Assembly: GCA_011364975.1 (NCBI GenBank)
Contig: RDOE01000074.1
Location: 1 to 15,544, forward strand
Length of the DNA: 15,544 bases
Origin: Promethearchaeota archaeon
GTDB lineage: Archaea > Asgardarchaeota > Lokiarchaeia > Sigyniarchaeales > SOKP01
Direction: 5' to 3'
In this document: piece by piece, positions 7,739 to 15,436 of the stretch
How the letters are laid out: each line of letters begins with the position of its first letter
How positions within the stretch are numbered: the first letter of the stretch is position 1
The notes under the pieces: generated by a model
Databases searched by the model: none
What the model was told of the DNA's origin: nothing
The model's input: the letters and a program-made list of their open reading frames with translations, nothing else
Position numbers and translations under genes: made by a program

Positions 7739-8971
7739 ATGAAAGAAGTAGAATTAGCAGAATTTGAAACCTTTTATAAAGAACGTCTTGACTCAATATT
7801 TTCCAAAATAAAAAAGATTGTTAAAAAACAACTAGCAGAAATTAGAGATAACCTTATTGAAGTTAAAGTTTGTATGGATCATTTCCTTGAAAAGGGTAAA
7901 GAAAATCTTGATGAAAAATCCCTTAAGTCTTTACATTTCTTTTCAGACAGGATTAGAAAAGAAATTGATGGTGTGGAGGTTCCTGATGAAGATATAAATT
8001 ATAATAATTTATATGAATTATTGAATTCTATAAAGAAGTTGTTTATAAGTATCCAAGATATTGCTAAGAAATCACTACCAAAATTTAAAAAGCAAACTCA
8101 AGCGGAAATCAAAGAGTTGGAGTATATTACACGAAAATTAGGCACTAAGCAAAAAAAGTTAGATGAGTTTCTTAGAAAAAATTATAATGAATTACGAGAG
8201 GCAGAAAAATTACTGGAAAAAGTGGATAAAATGGAGAGCTTAAAGAATAATATCGAAAATGCGAAATCAGACTTAGATAAGTTTGAAAAGGATTTAAAGG
8301 ATAGAAAAGAAGAGCAAGAACGTCTAATAGAAAAACTAAAAGTAATCGAAAAGGATGAGCTATTTAATGAACTCGATAAGGGAGAAAAAGAATTAATTAA
8401 TTTACGAATGGAAATAAATGATCAATTTGGATTTAAAAAAGCATTAAAGAAACTTAAATTTGAATTAGAAAAAGAGACAATTCATATATCAAATATTGAC
8501 CATATTTTTATCTGGGAATTTTTGAAAAAACCCATCTCTACTTTATTAAAAGAACCACCTAATTTACCAAAATTAACAAGCCTTTTAGTTCAATTAAGGC
8601 ATGTCTTAGAGGAAAATAAACTCAATCTTAAAACAGAAACTAAAGATAAAACTATTGAGCAAATTAATACAATATTTCAACAAAAAAAGATTAATGAAGA
8701 TCTAGAGAAATATAGAAAAATTAGAGGCAATATTAAGGAAATTCAGGAAAAGATTAAGCAATCAGGTCTATCAATACAACGAGAAGACGTAAAGAATCAA
8801 ATCTCTGTGAACACTGCGAAAATTGAGCATTTAGAAATTGATTTTGATAGAAAAAATAAAGATTATATGAAGTATTTGAACTCAATGAAAACCGAGAGAG
8901 AATCATTTCAAAAAATTGTCAGTGAAGTATTAAATGAAGAGATTAAGATAAAAATAACATTCAGCTTTTAA
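7739..8971 (+). CDS. Long alpha-helical coiled-coil hypothetical protein (410 aa)
   Basis: K/E/L-rich heptad-like segments; no Walker A motif and no TM segment seen. Starts 4 nt after serS, suggesting co-transcription. Confidence 0.85.
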   Translation: MKEVELAEFETFYKERLDSIFSKIKKIVKKQLAEIRDNLIEVKVCMDHFLEKGKENLDEKSLKSLHFFSDRIRKEIDGVEVPDEDINYNNLYELLNSIKKLFISIQDIAKKSLPKFKKQTQAEIKELEYITRKLGTKQKKLDEFLRKNYNELREAEKLLEKVDKMESLKNNIENAKSDLDKFEKDLKDRKEEQERLIEKLKVIEKDELFNELDKGEKELINLRMEINDQFGFKKALKKLKFELEKETIHISNIDHIFIWEFLKKPISTLLKEPPNLPKLTSLLVQLRHVLEENKLNLKTETKDKTIEQINTIFQQKKINEDLEKYRKIRGNIKEIQEKIKQSGLSIQREDVKNQISVNTAKIEHLEIDFDRKNKDYMKYLNSMKTERESFQKIVSEVLNEEIKIKITFSF

Positions 8972-8977
8972 TAAAGA

Positions 8978-9706
8978 TCATTTAATTTTTTTAATCTCAA
9001 AGATTCTATTATCCCGTGTACCTTTTTTATACAAAGTGAGCTTTAAGTTGCTCTTAAGAAACTTATAAGTCTCACTATTTTCTAAATTAAAAATCTTCAA
9101 ATATTCAAAAGCCAATATTAAATCTTGTTTTAGATCGATATCAAATCCTGCCCGAAATGAATCATAAATAGCATAGTTCAAGCCTTTAATACGCGCTTGA
9201 TTTAGTAATGCTACAAAGGAAGGTAATTGTGGTTCAGAAAAATAGGTTGGTATTAAATTAGGTGGTTTTCTTCCCAAAATGGAAATTCCTCCAGAATGAA
9301 TAGCTGGACAAACCACAAGGTCATGAATCTTCAATAGATCGTTAATTTCCTTAAAATTTGTTTTAGAAATTAATACAACGTCTAAAAATGTAAAAATAGT
9401 TGATTTGGCATTGTATCGAGAAACAGCAATCGTATTTAAATCTTGAATAACTTGATCAAATTTTTTTCGTGGAGTACTCATTTCTTCTTTAATCCCTAAT
9501 AATCCATATTCGCGAGCTAAACTGAGAATCTCATCACTATTACAATACACTATTTTAGGATCAAAACAATCAAGTAAACTAACCTTTTCTGCTAAATCTT
9601 TAAACATCGCAATAGTTAATTCCTTAAGTAATTCTTTTGAGAAGCAGTCCCTTAATCTTGATTTGGTTCTAGATAAAGGGGCGATAGGGATTAATAATGT
9701 ACTCAT
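8978..9706 (-). CDS. cofC: 2-phospho-L-lactate/PEP guanylyltransferase (F420 biosynthesis), CofC-like
   Basis: LLIPIAPLSRTKSRL (cf. VPVK..AKSRL), AMFKD, DLVVCPAIHSGG (cf. VIAP...GGTN) and FDIDLKQDL (cf. DVDTPEDL). Confidence 0.78.
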   Translation of the reverse strand: MSTLLIPIAPLSRTKSRLRDCFSKELLKELTIAMFKDLAEKVSLLDCFDPKIVYCNSDEILSLAREYGLLGIKEEMSTPRKKFDQVIQDLNTIAVSRYNAKSTIFTFLDVVLISKTNFKEINDLLKIHDLVVCPAIHSGGISILGRKPPNLIPTYFSEPQLPSFVALLNQARIKGLNYAIYDSFRAGFDIDLKQDLILAFEYLKIFNLENSETYKFLKSNLKLTLYKKGTRDNRIFEIKKIK

Positions 9707-9728
9707 TATGAAAGTTAGGTAAATTTAG

Positions 9729-9746
9729 AATAAAAATCTTTTAATT
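9729..9746 (-). promoter_or_regulatory. BRE/TATA-like promoter of cofC (AATTAAAAGATTTTTATT)
   Basis: TATA-like element 23-30 nt upstream of the ATG (leaderless spacing); nearly the same motif lies upstream of the GTPase gene. Confidence 0.45.
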
Positions 9747-9763
9747 TAAGAACTTAAATAATA

Positions 9764-10321
9764 TTATTTTAAAGAATTGAGAATCTTTATTGATAAATTC
9801 TCAAAAACAGTATCAACATTGGTATTTAGTTTAGCTGAGGTTTCAAAATACTCCACATTAAACTGATTTATCTTCTTATCGAGTTTTTCCTTGTTAATTT
9901 TCTTTTCAAGGTCAAGTTTATTACCTACAATAATGAAAGGAATATCTCCACTCAACTCTTTTATTTTTGAAACCCAGAAATCGATATTTTGCAAAGTTGA
10001 AGGAGCATTCAAATTAAAAATGACCATTGCACCTACAGCTTGAGTAAAATAATATTCGTTACTAAATAACTTATCATGCTGTCCACCCAAATCCCAAAAG
10101 TACAGTTTAAATCCTTTGGCTTGAATATCTTTTTTTAATTCTTCTTTTTTCAACTCTAGCTTATCGATAATATTCTTTAGATCGATTTCTTTTACTAGAA
10201 AATTAGCTCCTACTGTTTGATGATACTCCTCGCTAAATTTATCATCAACATATCTTGCTAATAAACTTGTTTTACCTACACCCGGATCACCGCATAAGAT
10301 TACTTTCCCCCTATAAGACAC
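9764..10321 (-). CDS. Rab-like Ras-superfamily small GTPase (GTG start)
   Basis: G1 GDPGVGKTS, G2 YHQTVG.NF, G3 WDLGGQ, G4 GNKLD and G5 ETSAK; SD-like GGGGAG 5 nt before the GTG; no C-terminal Cys prenylation motif. Confidence 0.95.
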   Translation of the reverse strand: MSYRGKVILCGDPGVGKTSLLARYVDDKFSEEYHQTVGANFLVKEIDLKNIIDKLELKKEELKKDIQAKGFKLYFWDLGGQHDKLFSNEYYFTQAVGAMVIFNLNAPSTLQNIDFWVSKIKELSGDIPFIIVGNKLDLEKKINKEKLDKKINQFNVEYFETSAKLNTNVDTVFENLSIKILNSLK

Positions 10322-10367
10322 TTAAACTCCCCTAAATAAAATAATCTTTACTTTTTTTTTATCTTAT

Positions 10368-10385
10368 GTATTAAAATCTTTAATT
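10368..10385 (-). promoter_or_regulatory. BRE/TATA-like promoter of the GTPase gene (AATTAAAGATTTTAATAC)
   Basis: Purine-rich BRE plus TTTTAATA about 50 nt upstream of the GTG, consistent with a short SD-containing leader; matches the cofC upstream motif. Confidence 0.45.
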
Positions 10386-10452
10386 CAGATTTAAATATAT
10401 TTTTCATTATTTTTTACTAGATTGAACGATATTTAGTTATATAACTTACTAC

Positions 10453-11319
10453 TTATGAAGGATATTGTGCTTTTTTAGTAGTAAGCTGTATCTCTTTTGT
10501 TTCAGAACTTATAAAATGTTTAAATAAATGTTCATATCCTATAGTCTGTTTTCTTTTTCCATTTTCAAGCCATATTCCTGAAGTATATTCTGGAGCTTCC
10601 TTCACTTGATCTAAAGTCGTAAGCAAAAAGTCATTATCTGTAATCAATAATCCAAAAGGAATAACATTATCTCCTTCAATAGAATGAATTATAACCTTAA
10701 TTTTTAGTAATTTTTTTATTTCTTCTTTTAACATCTCATTATATTTTAAAGCTAAAATTACGTTAATCTCGGAGGAAAATTTTTTATTCCAGATATCTTT
10801 TAAAATCCAATCATAACCGCCCAATTCTTCCATTAATAGATCAGGAGTTATGATGAAAAAAATTCTATTTTTTGCAACACTGATTAAATCTTTGATTTTT
10901 TTCCGAATTTTATCTTTAGAACTGATTGACCATACCCTTGGTTCGGATTCTTCTTGATCTACTTCTAACTCACTGATAGCTTTTTCTAATAGGATTGTGT
11001 CATCAATTTTATTTTTAAAATCTTCCCTAATTGATTTGAATATATTTTCTATAGGAATTATTTGATAATTAGCCCCACGCTTTACTGGTTCTTTCTGTAT
11101 AAAGCCTTTTTCTATTAATCTATTTAAGCTATCATAAACACGTGCTCTATCCACCCCAGAATATTTAGCAATATCTGCAGGACTTAACACTTTATACTTT
11201 GCCATAGTCAGGAGTACCTTGGAATCATTTTTAGTAAACCCCAGAGATTGGAGTGCCTCTTCTAACTCGGCTTCATCGAACTTTTTAGTATCACGGCTTA
11301 ATGTCAAGGTTAGGATCAT
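10453..11319 (-). CDS. TrmB family transcriptional regulator (winged HTH plus C-terminal effector-binding domain)
   Basis: LQSLGFTKNDSKV...LSPADIAKYSGVDRARVYDSLNRLIEKGFI, coiled-coil linker, VWSI...I.DLIS.AKNRI and LLITDN. Confidence 0.9.
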   Translation of the reverse strand: MILTLTLSRDTKKFDEAELEEALQSLGFTKNDSKVLLTMAKYKVLSPADIAKYSGVDRARVYDSLNRLIEKGFIQKEPVKRGANYQIIPIENIFKSIREDFKNKIDDTILLEKAISELEVDQEESEPRVWSISSKDKIRKKIKDLISVAKNRIFFIITPDLLMEELGGYDWILKDIWNKKFSSEINVILALKYNEMLKEEIKKLLKIKVIIHSIEGDNVIPFGLLITDNDFLLTTLDQVKEAPEYTSGIWLENGKRKQTIGYEHLFKHFISSETKEIQLTTKKAQYPS

Positions 11320-11419
11320 TACTATTTTTACGTATTAAATAATTAATTCCAAAATTGATATTTTAATTTTTATATTTCACATTTTTTGTATTTACTAACT
11401 ATAAAATGGGAATTTTTAT

Positions 11420-11902
11420 TCATGGCTTGATATTTTTACTAAATTCTTTGAATCTTTTTTCCCGATCTTTAATATATTTCTTTACGGGCCGAATAATTAA
11501 ATAAAGTCCTCCTTGATAAGTTTTATACCCATGAAGCACCTTCCCAATTTTTGAACCAAAATAATACCAAAAAAGATATGATATAGATAGGAATACTGAA
11601 ATGCTTTCCATACCTGGTTGAGGAATGATATTATAATCTAGCCCAAAAAGTATAAAGGAATTCCATAGGTAATATTTTCCTGGTTCACTGCTGGGTAAAT
11701 CAATCCAAGGGAGCCCATTTAGAAATTTAATATTAAAGAAATCATTATAAATTAAGATTTCAATTCCCCAGATTGAAACTAAATAGAAAAATGCCAGAAA
11801 CACGATCCAATCCTTATTTCGTCGACGCAGATATTTTCTATAAAGATAAGAATTAACCCATCCAATCGAAAAACTAATGATTAAACTCTCAATATAACCC
11901 AT
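11420..11902 (-). CDS. Hypothetical integral membrane protein (about 3 TM helices)
   Basis: Hydrophobic, aromatic-rich segments separated by a basic RKYLRRRNK loop, with a basic C-terminus; starts 2 nt after the SDR stop codon. Confidence 0.8.
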   Translation of the reverse strand: MGYIESLIISFSIGWVNSYLYRKYLRRRNKDWIVFLAFFYLVSIWGIEILIYNDFFNIKFLNGLPWIDLPSSEPGKYYLWNSFILFGLDYNIIPQPGMESISVFLSISYLFWYYFGSKIGKVLHGYKTYQGGLYLIIRPVKKYIKDREKRFKEFSKNIKP

Positions 11903-11904
11903 TA

Positions 11905-13032
11905 TTATTCACTCTCCAACCAGTTGTTTGAAATATACCAATCTATGGTATCTTTTGTGGCAGATCTATAATCTGGATATTTGAATTTAAAGCCCAATTC
12001 TTTGATTTTCTTATTCGAGAAGAGATATTGGTGTATCGTATATTCTGTCATCGGAGTATCAACAGGTGGTCTTGAATTTAATGCACGGGCTTTTTTCTCT
12101 TTTCTTTCATTTAATTTATAAAGCCATTTTGAAAATAATTTGTAAAATGGCCACCAAATAGGAAAATTAAAGTAAGGTATATTTAGAAGATTCGCAGCAT
12201 ATTCCATGAAATCTTCTTGAAGGCAAGGGTCAATTACGAGATTATAGGCTTCACCTATTGATTCATCTTTTTCCGAGAGAAAAAGAGCTGACCTTACTAA
12301 ATCTTCAACATGAATCATAGGCATAGCTAAACGCTTTCTTTTAGGATATATATGGATACCAGGACCAAGTCCTGATTTATTTATGAGTTGAAACACGTGT
12401 AACATCCCGTATATTTGATAGGGCCCTATTATTGGTGCGGGTCTAATAATAGACGCTCTTAAATCTTTTTCTCTGATAAATTCTTTTAGCACTAGTTCTT
12501 GTTCCATTTTACTAATACTATAATTATTTGGGGGATTGTATGGTTCTGTTTCATTAATGGGTATTGGATAACCATGTTGATCTTTTTGATATTTAGGTTC
12601 TCCATATACACCACATGTACTCCAATGAATAAAGCGTAATGTTGCTAAATCTTGAGTGTTTTCAATCATTTCAAGTAAATTTCGCATTCCTTGCACATTG
12701 ATTTTACGTAACATGCCTAAGTCCGCGAAGTAATCGTATAAACTTGCAGTATGAAAGATAACATCATATTTATGTTTCATTAGTAGATCTCGAAGAGAGT
12801 TAGGGTCAGTTAAATCAGCAGAAATATGCGTAATTCTCTCATTAACTAACATTTTTTCCATATTTTTGAATTTGGGACTAAAAACTATTTCTTTGGTCAT
12901 TATATTTGATCTTTTTTCTATTGGGAGATCTGTCGCGATAATTTTCCATGTAGGTTTAGATTCTAATATCTCTTTAATAAGGAATGTTCCTGTATGACCT
13001 TTCGCACCATCTACTAGAACTAAATTACTCAT
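11905..13032 (-). CDS. Extended SDR, NAD-dependent epimerase/dehydratase / 3-beta-HSD-like oxidoreductase
   Basis: LVDGAKGHTG Rossmann motif, ADLTD, FHTAS, HWSTCGVYG, catalytic YSISK (YxxxK), RPAPIIGP, IHVEDL and K..LGF. Confidence 0.9.
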   Translation of the reverse strand: MSNLVLVDGAKGHTGTFLIKEILESKPTWKIIATDLPIEKRSNIMTKEIVFSPKFKNMEKMLVNERITHISADLTDPNSLRDLLMKHKYDVIFHTASLYDYFADLGMLRKINVQGMRNLLEMIENTQDLATLRFIHWSTCGVYGEPKYQKDQHGYPIPINETEPYNPPNNYSISKMEQELVLKEFIREKDLRASIIRPAPIIGPYQIYGMLHVFQLINKSGLGPGIHIYPKRKRLAMPMIHVEDLVRSALFLSEKDESIGEAYNLVIDPCLQEDFMEYAANLLNIPYFNFPIWWPFYKLFSKWLYKLNERKEKKARALNSRPPVDTPMTEYTIHQYLFSNKKIKELGFKFKYPDYRSATKDTIDWYISNNWLESE

Positions 13033-13479
13033 TTTCTATTATATATCAGAGTGTCCAACATTATAAATATTCTGATTTCCCATTTATGAAGTTGAGAGTA
13101 ACTTGATATTTCTAAGGAGATAATTATCCAATAGGAAAATCTGTATTTGATTACTATTAATACAATTGATTGATAAAAGTATCCTAAAAATACTAGATAA
13201 AACTAAGAAAATTAATAGTTATCACCATAAACCATCCTTTTTTTACCATTTTCAATTGTTAAATTTGGATGGGTAGATCTTCCTTTATACATTAATTAAT
13301 AATGGTAAAGTCTAAAATTTGTTGATATAATGATTCAGATTTAATGTCAAGTTAATAATCCCCTTGAACAAAAAATTATTTACGTTTTAATAAAAAGTAA
13401 TTTTTTTTTTTAATTATGGCATTTTGTCGGACTAAGAGTTTTTACCATATTTCAGATCCATCATAACCAATTAATCATA

Positions 13480-13590
13480 TTTCCATACAACAGATTTGGA
13501 AACATAACATTTATATAATAGAAATTCGTAGTTAATATTAATTATAAATCTAATTTAAAACAATAAAATCTAAAAACTAAAGTGTGGAGG
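13480..13590 (+). promoter_or_regulatory. Histone gene promoter/leader: dyad TTTCCA-N11-TGGAAA, TATA box, SD
   Basis: Dyad at 13480-13502, TTTATATA at 13510-13517 (alternative ATTATAAA at 13541-13548) and GGAGG at 13586-13590, 8 nt before the ATG. Confidence 0.5.
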
Positions 13591-13598
13591 AATAAAAA

Positions 13599-13835
13599 AT
13601 GGCTAAAAAGAAAGCTCCAGTAAAGAAAAAGACAGAAACTTATATTGCAAAGGCACCTATTCGTCGATTAATGAAGAAAGAAGGTGCTGATTTAGTCGCT
13701 GCTGAAGCCTTAGACAAGTTAATTGACTTTCTCGAGAAGAAAGCGGCAGATGCAACTAAGGCTGCAATTAAAGTCACTAAAGATGATAAAAGAAAACGTG
13801 TAACGAGCGCAGACATTCGTAAAGCAACCAGATAA
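13599..13835 (+). CDS. Archaeal histone (HMf-like fold) with a 13-aa lysine-rich N-terminal extension
   Basis: Ungapped by-eye alignment to HMfB: APIRRLMKKEGA..V...A...L..FLE......AIK.....RK.V...DI..A; strong SD. Confidence 0.93.
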   Translation: MAKKKAPVKKKTETYIAKAPIRRLMKKEGADLVAAEALDKLIDFLEKKAADATKAAIKVTKDDKRKRVTSADIRKATR

Positions 13836-13869
13836 AAAAACCTGGATAAAATTTTCAAGATTTTTTTTT
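13834..13869. terminator. Putative bidirectional oligo(T) terminator between the convergent histone and HIT genes
   Basis: A7 at 13834-13840 (T7 on the minus strand) and T9 at 13861-13869 in and next to a 43-bp convergent gap. Confidence 0.5.
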
Positions 13870-13878
13870 CAATTTATT

Positions 13879-14397
13879 TTAAAATTGTTCATAAAATTTG
13901 GTATTTAGATAATTTTTTATACGTTGAGTCAACTTTTGCCTTACTGATTCCAGTCCTTCGGGTAAAACTCTTGTTTTCCCTACAATATCTATATACCCTA
14001 ACTCTGAACCGTATCTAGGTACTAAATGAAAATGCAGATGTTCTATACTTGCTCCAGCGTCTCTCCCTTGATTAATTCCAATATTATATCCTTTTGGATT
14101 ATATAAGTCATCTAATAAATGTTGCAAACCCTGAATTGTTCTTGTAATATGTTGAAGTTCTTGCTTAGATAAATCGGTAAATTGTATAATATGTCGATTT
14201 GGGACGATTAATAAGTGTCCGGGATTATAAGGATAAAGATTTAATGAAATAAAAAGAATATCATCGTCATATATTTTTAGAGACACAACTCGCTCATCAT
14301 TATCTCTTACAGAGCATAATATACATTCAACATTAGGTCTATCTTTTCCTTGAACATATTCTAATTTACCTAATGCCCTAAGCCAGTTTTCAAACAT
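13879..14397 (-). CDS. HIT family protein (Ap4A phosphorylase/hydrolase, FHIT/Rv2613c-like)
   Basis: CILC, LNLYPYNPGHLLIVP, GYNIGINQG..AGAS and HLHFHLVPR histidine triad; SD GGGTGAGG upstream. Confidence 0.93.
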   Translation of the reverse strand: MFENWLRALGKLEYVQGKDRPNVECILCSVRDNDERVVSLKIYDDDILFISLNLYPYNPGHLLIVPNRHIIQFTDLSKQELQHITRTIQGLQHLLDDLYNPKGYNIGINQGRDAGASIEHLHFHLVPRYGSELGYIDIVGKTRVLPEGLESVRQKLTQRIKNYLNTKFYEQF

Positions 14398-14416
14398 TAT
14401 CCCTCACCCTAAACAT

Positions 14417-14947
14417 TTATGAATAAAGAGAAAAATTAGAGGTAAAGTCATCAGATTTAGATGCATCTTCGGATTTTACTTTACCATAGCAACATTCGTT
14501 TAATATTATGTTTGAGAAAGCAGAGCAAGTAAATACTTTACGAATACTTTTGTAAAATGAATTTTTCGAAATAGTACCATCTTTTTTCAAAAATATTTGA
14601 TCCGTAATTTCATATCTGTTATTTTGGGTATCAATCCGATAAAATACATCTTTTGCCAAAAAAAATTTTCTAAGTTCCATAAAAAAAGAGAGTTTCTTTG
14701 TTGGTTCTAATGAATTTAATGCTTCCACATGTTGAGGTGCGATTTGTATAGGATTAGAAATAATGATAATATCTTTATTTTTAGGCTTAAATACCACCAT
14801 TTTCTGACTAACAGGCCCTGGCGGAAAAACAAATTGAAAACCAAATTCTAACTTATGTTCTGTATCTGGTAGTTTAGTCCTAAGCAATCCTTCATCTAAT
14901 AAATATTCCTGGATTAACTTTTTTATTATACTTTTCGTTTCATTCAT
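14417..14947 (-). CDS. DUF2299-like (YbjN-fold) conserved archaeal protein
   Basis: Pattern I.EYL.DEG...F.F.F.FP...V.KP..KD.I.I...I.I.PQH..AL...FF.EL recalls DUF2299. The family call is from memory; the ORF itself is solid. Confidence 0.65.
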   Translation of the reverse strand: MNETKSIIKKLIQEYLLDEGLLRTKLPDTEHKLEFGFQFVFPPGPVSQKMVVFKPKNKDIIIISNPIQIAPQHVEALNSLEPTKKLSFFMELRKFFLAKDVFYRIDTQNNRYEITDQIFLKKDGTISKNSFYKSIRKVFTCSAFSNIILNECCYGKVKSEDASKSDDFTSNFSLYS

Positions 14948-15021
14948 TATTATAACGCAATTTGCTTCTATCGCATAAATTTATTAAATTAGAGAAAATG
15001 AGAACATTATACAATTTCCAT

Positions 15022-15384
15022 TTAATATTTTCCTTTTGGTCGTTGTTGCGGAATAATACCATGATCCTTTAATTTTTGAATATTGCTCTGTAATTCTTCA
15101 AGTGAGGGGCAATAAATTATTCTAAGGGTATCATAATCTATAAATATATTTCCGACGATTCCTAAACCCATTAATAGGTTATCTTTATCAACAAACGTGC
15201 TGTCAATATCCATTACAATCGCCTTTTTATCCCCTTCAATTTCCACTAGTTTGGGTTGACATGCTGTAAATCCACCACCTCTATTTTTTAAAAGATAACT
15301 CATTAATGCATAATCTAATTCATCATCAATTTCTCCCCGTTCTTGCAATATTTTGATAATTTTTGGTGGATTTGTCTTTGACAT
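15022..15384 (-). CDS. Hypothetical protein (120 aa)
   Basis: ATG start with AGGAG SD upstream, globular alpha/beta composition, co-oriented with its neighbours. Confidence 0.8.
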   Translation of the reverse strand: MSKTNPPKIIKILQERGEIDDELDYALMSYLLKNRGGGFTACQPKLVEIEGDKKAIVMDIDSTFVDKDNLLMGLGIVGNIFIDYDTLRIIYCPSLEELQSNIQKLKDHGIIPQQRPKGKY

Positions 15385-15436
15385 AGAGATGCTCCTTTTA
15401 TATTTTACTGGATGGAGAAAATCTTAAATTATGCTT

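Noticed and set aside
7739-8971. SMC/Rad50/SbcC or ESCRT-III assignment for the coiled-coil protein
   Set aside because: No Walker A/B, signature or Zn-hook motif; length and charge pattern do not resemble Snf7 domains.
13033-13598. Replication origin (AT-rich, strand switch, loose mini-ORB-like TAACAATTGAAA and TTCCA...TGGAAAC)
   Set aside because: No adjacent cdc6/orc1, no repeated well-formed ORB with a G-string, and the matches are weak in AT-rich DNA.
399-13858. Short ORF-track entries 399-629, 2146-2340, 3044-3238, 3692-3892, 5043-5225, 6189-6374, 6585-6878, 7163-7348 and 13640-13858
   Set aside because: Shadow ORFs overlapping well-supported genes, with no recognisable motifs.
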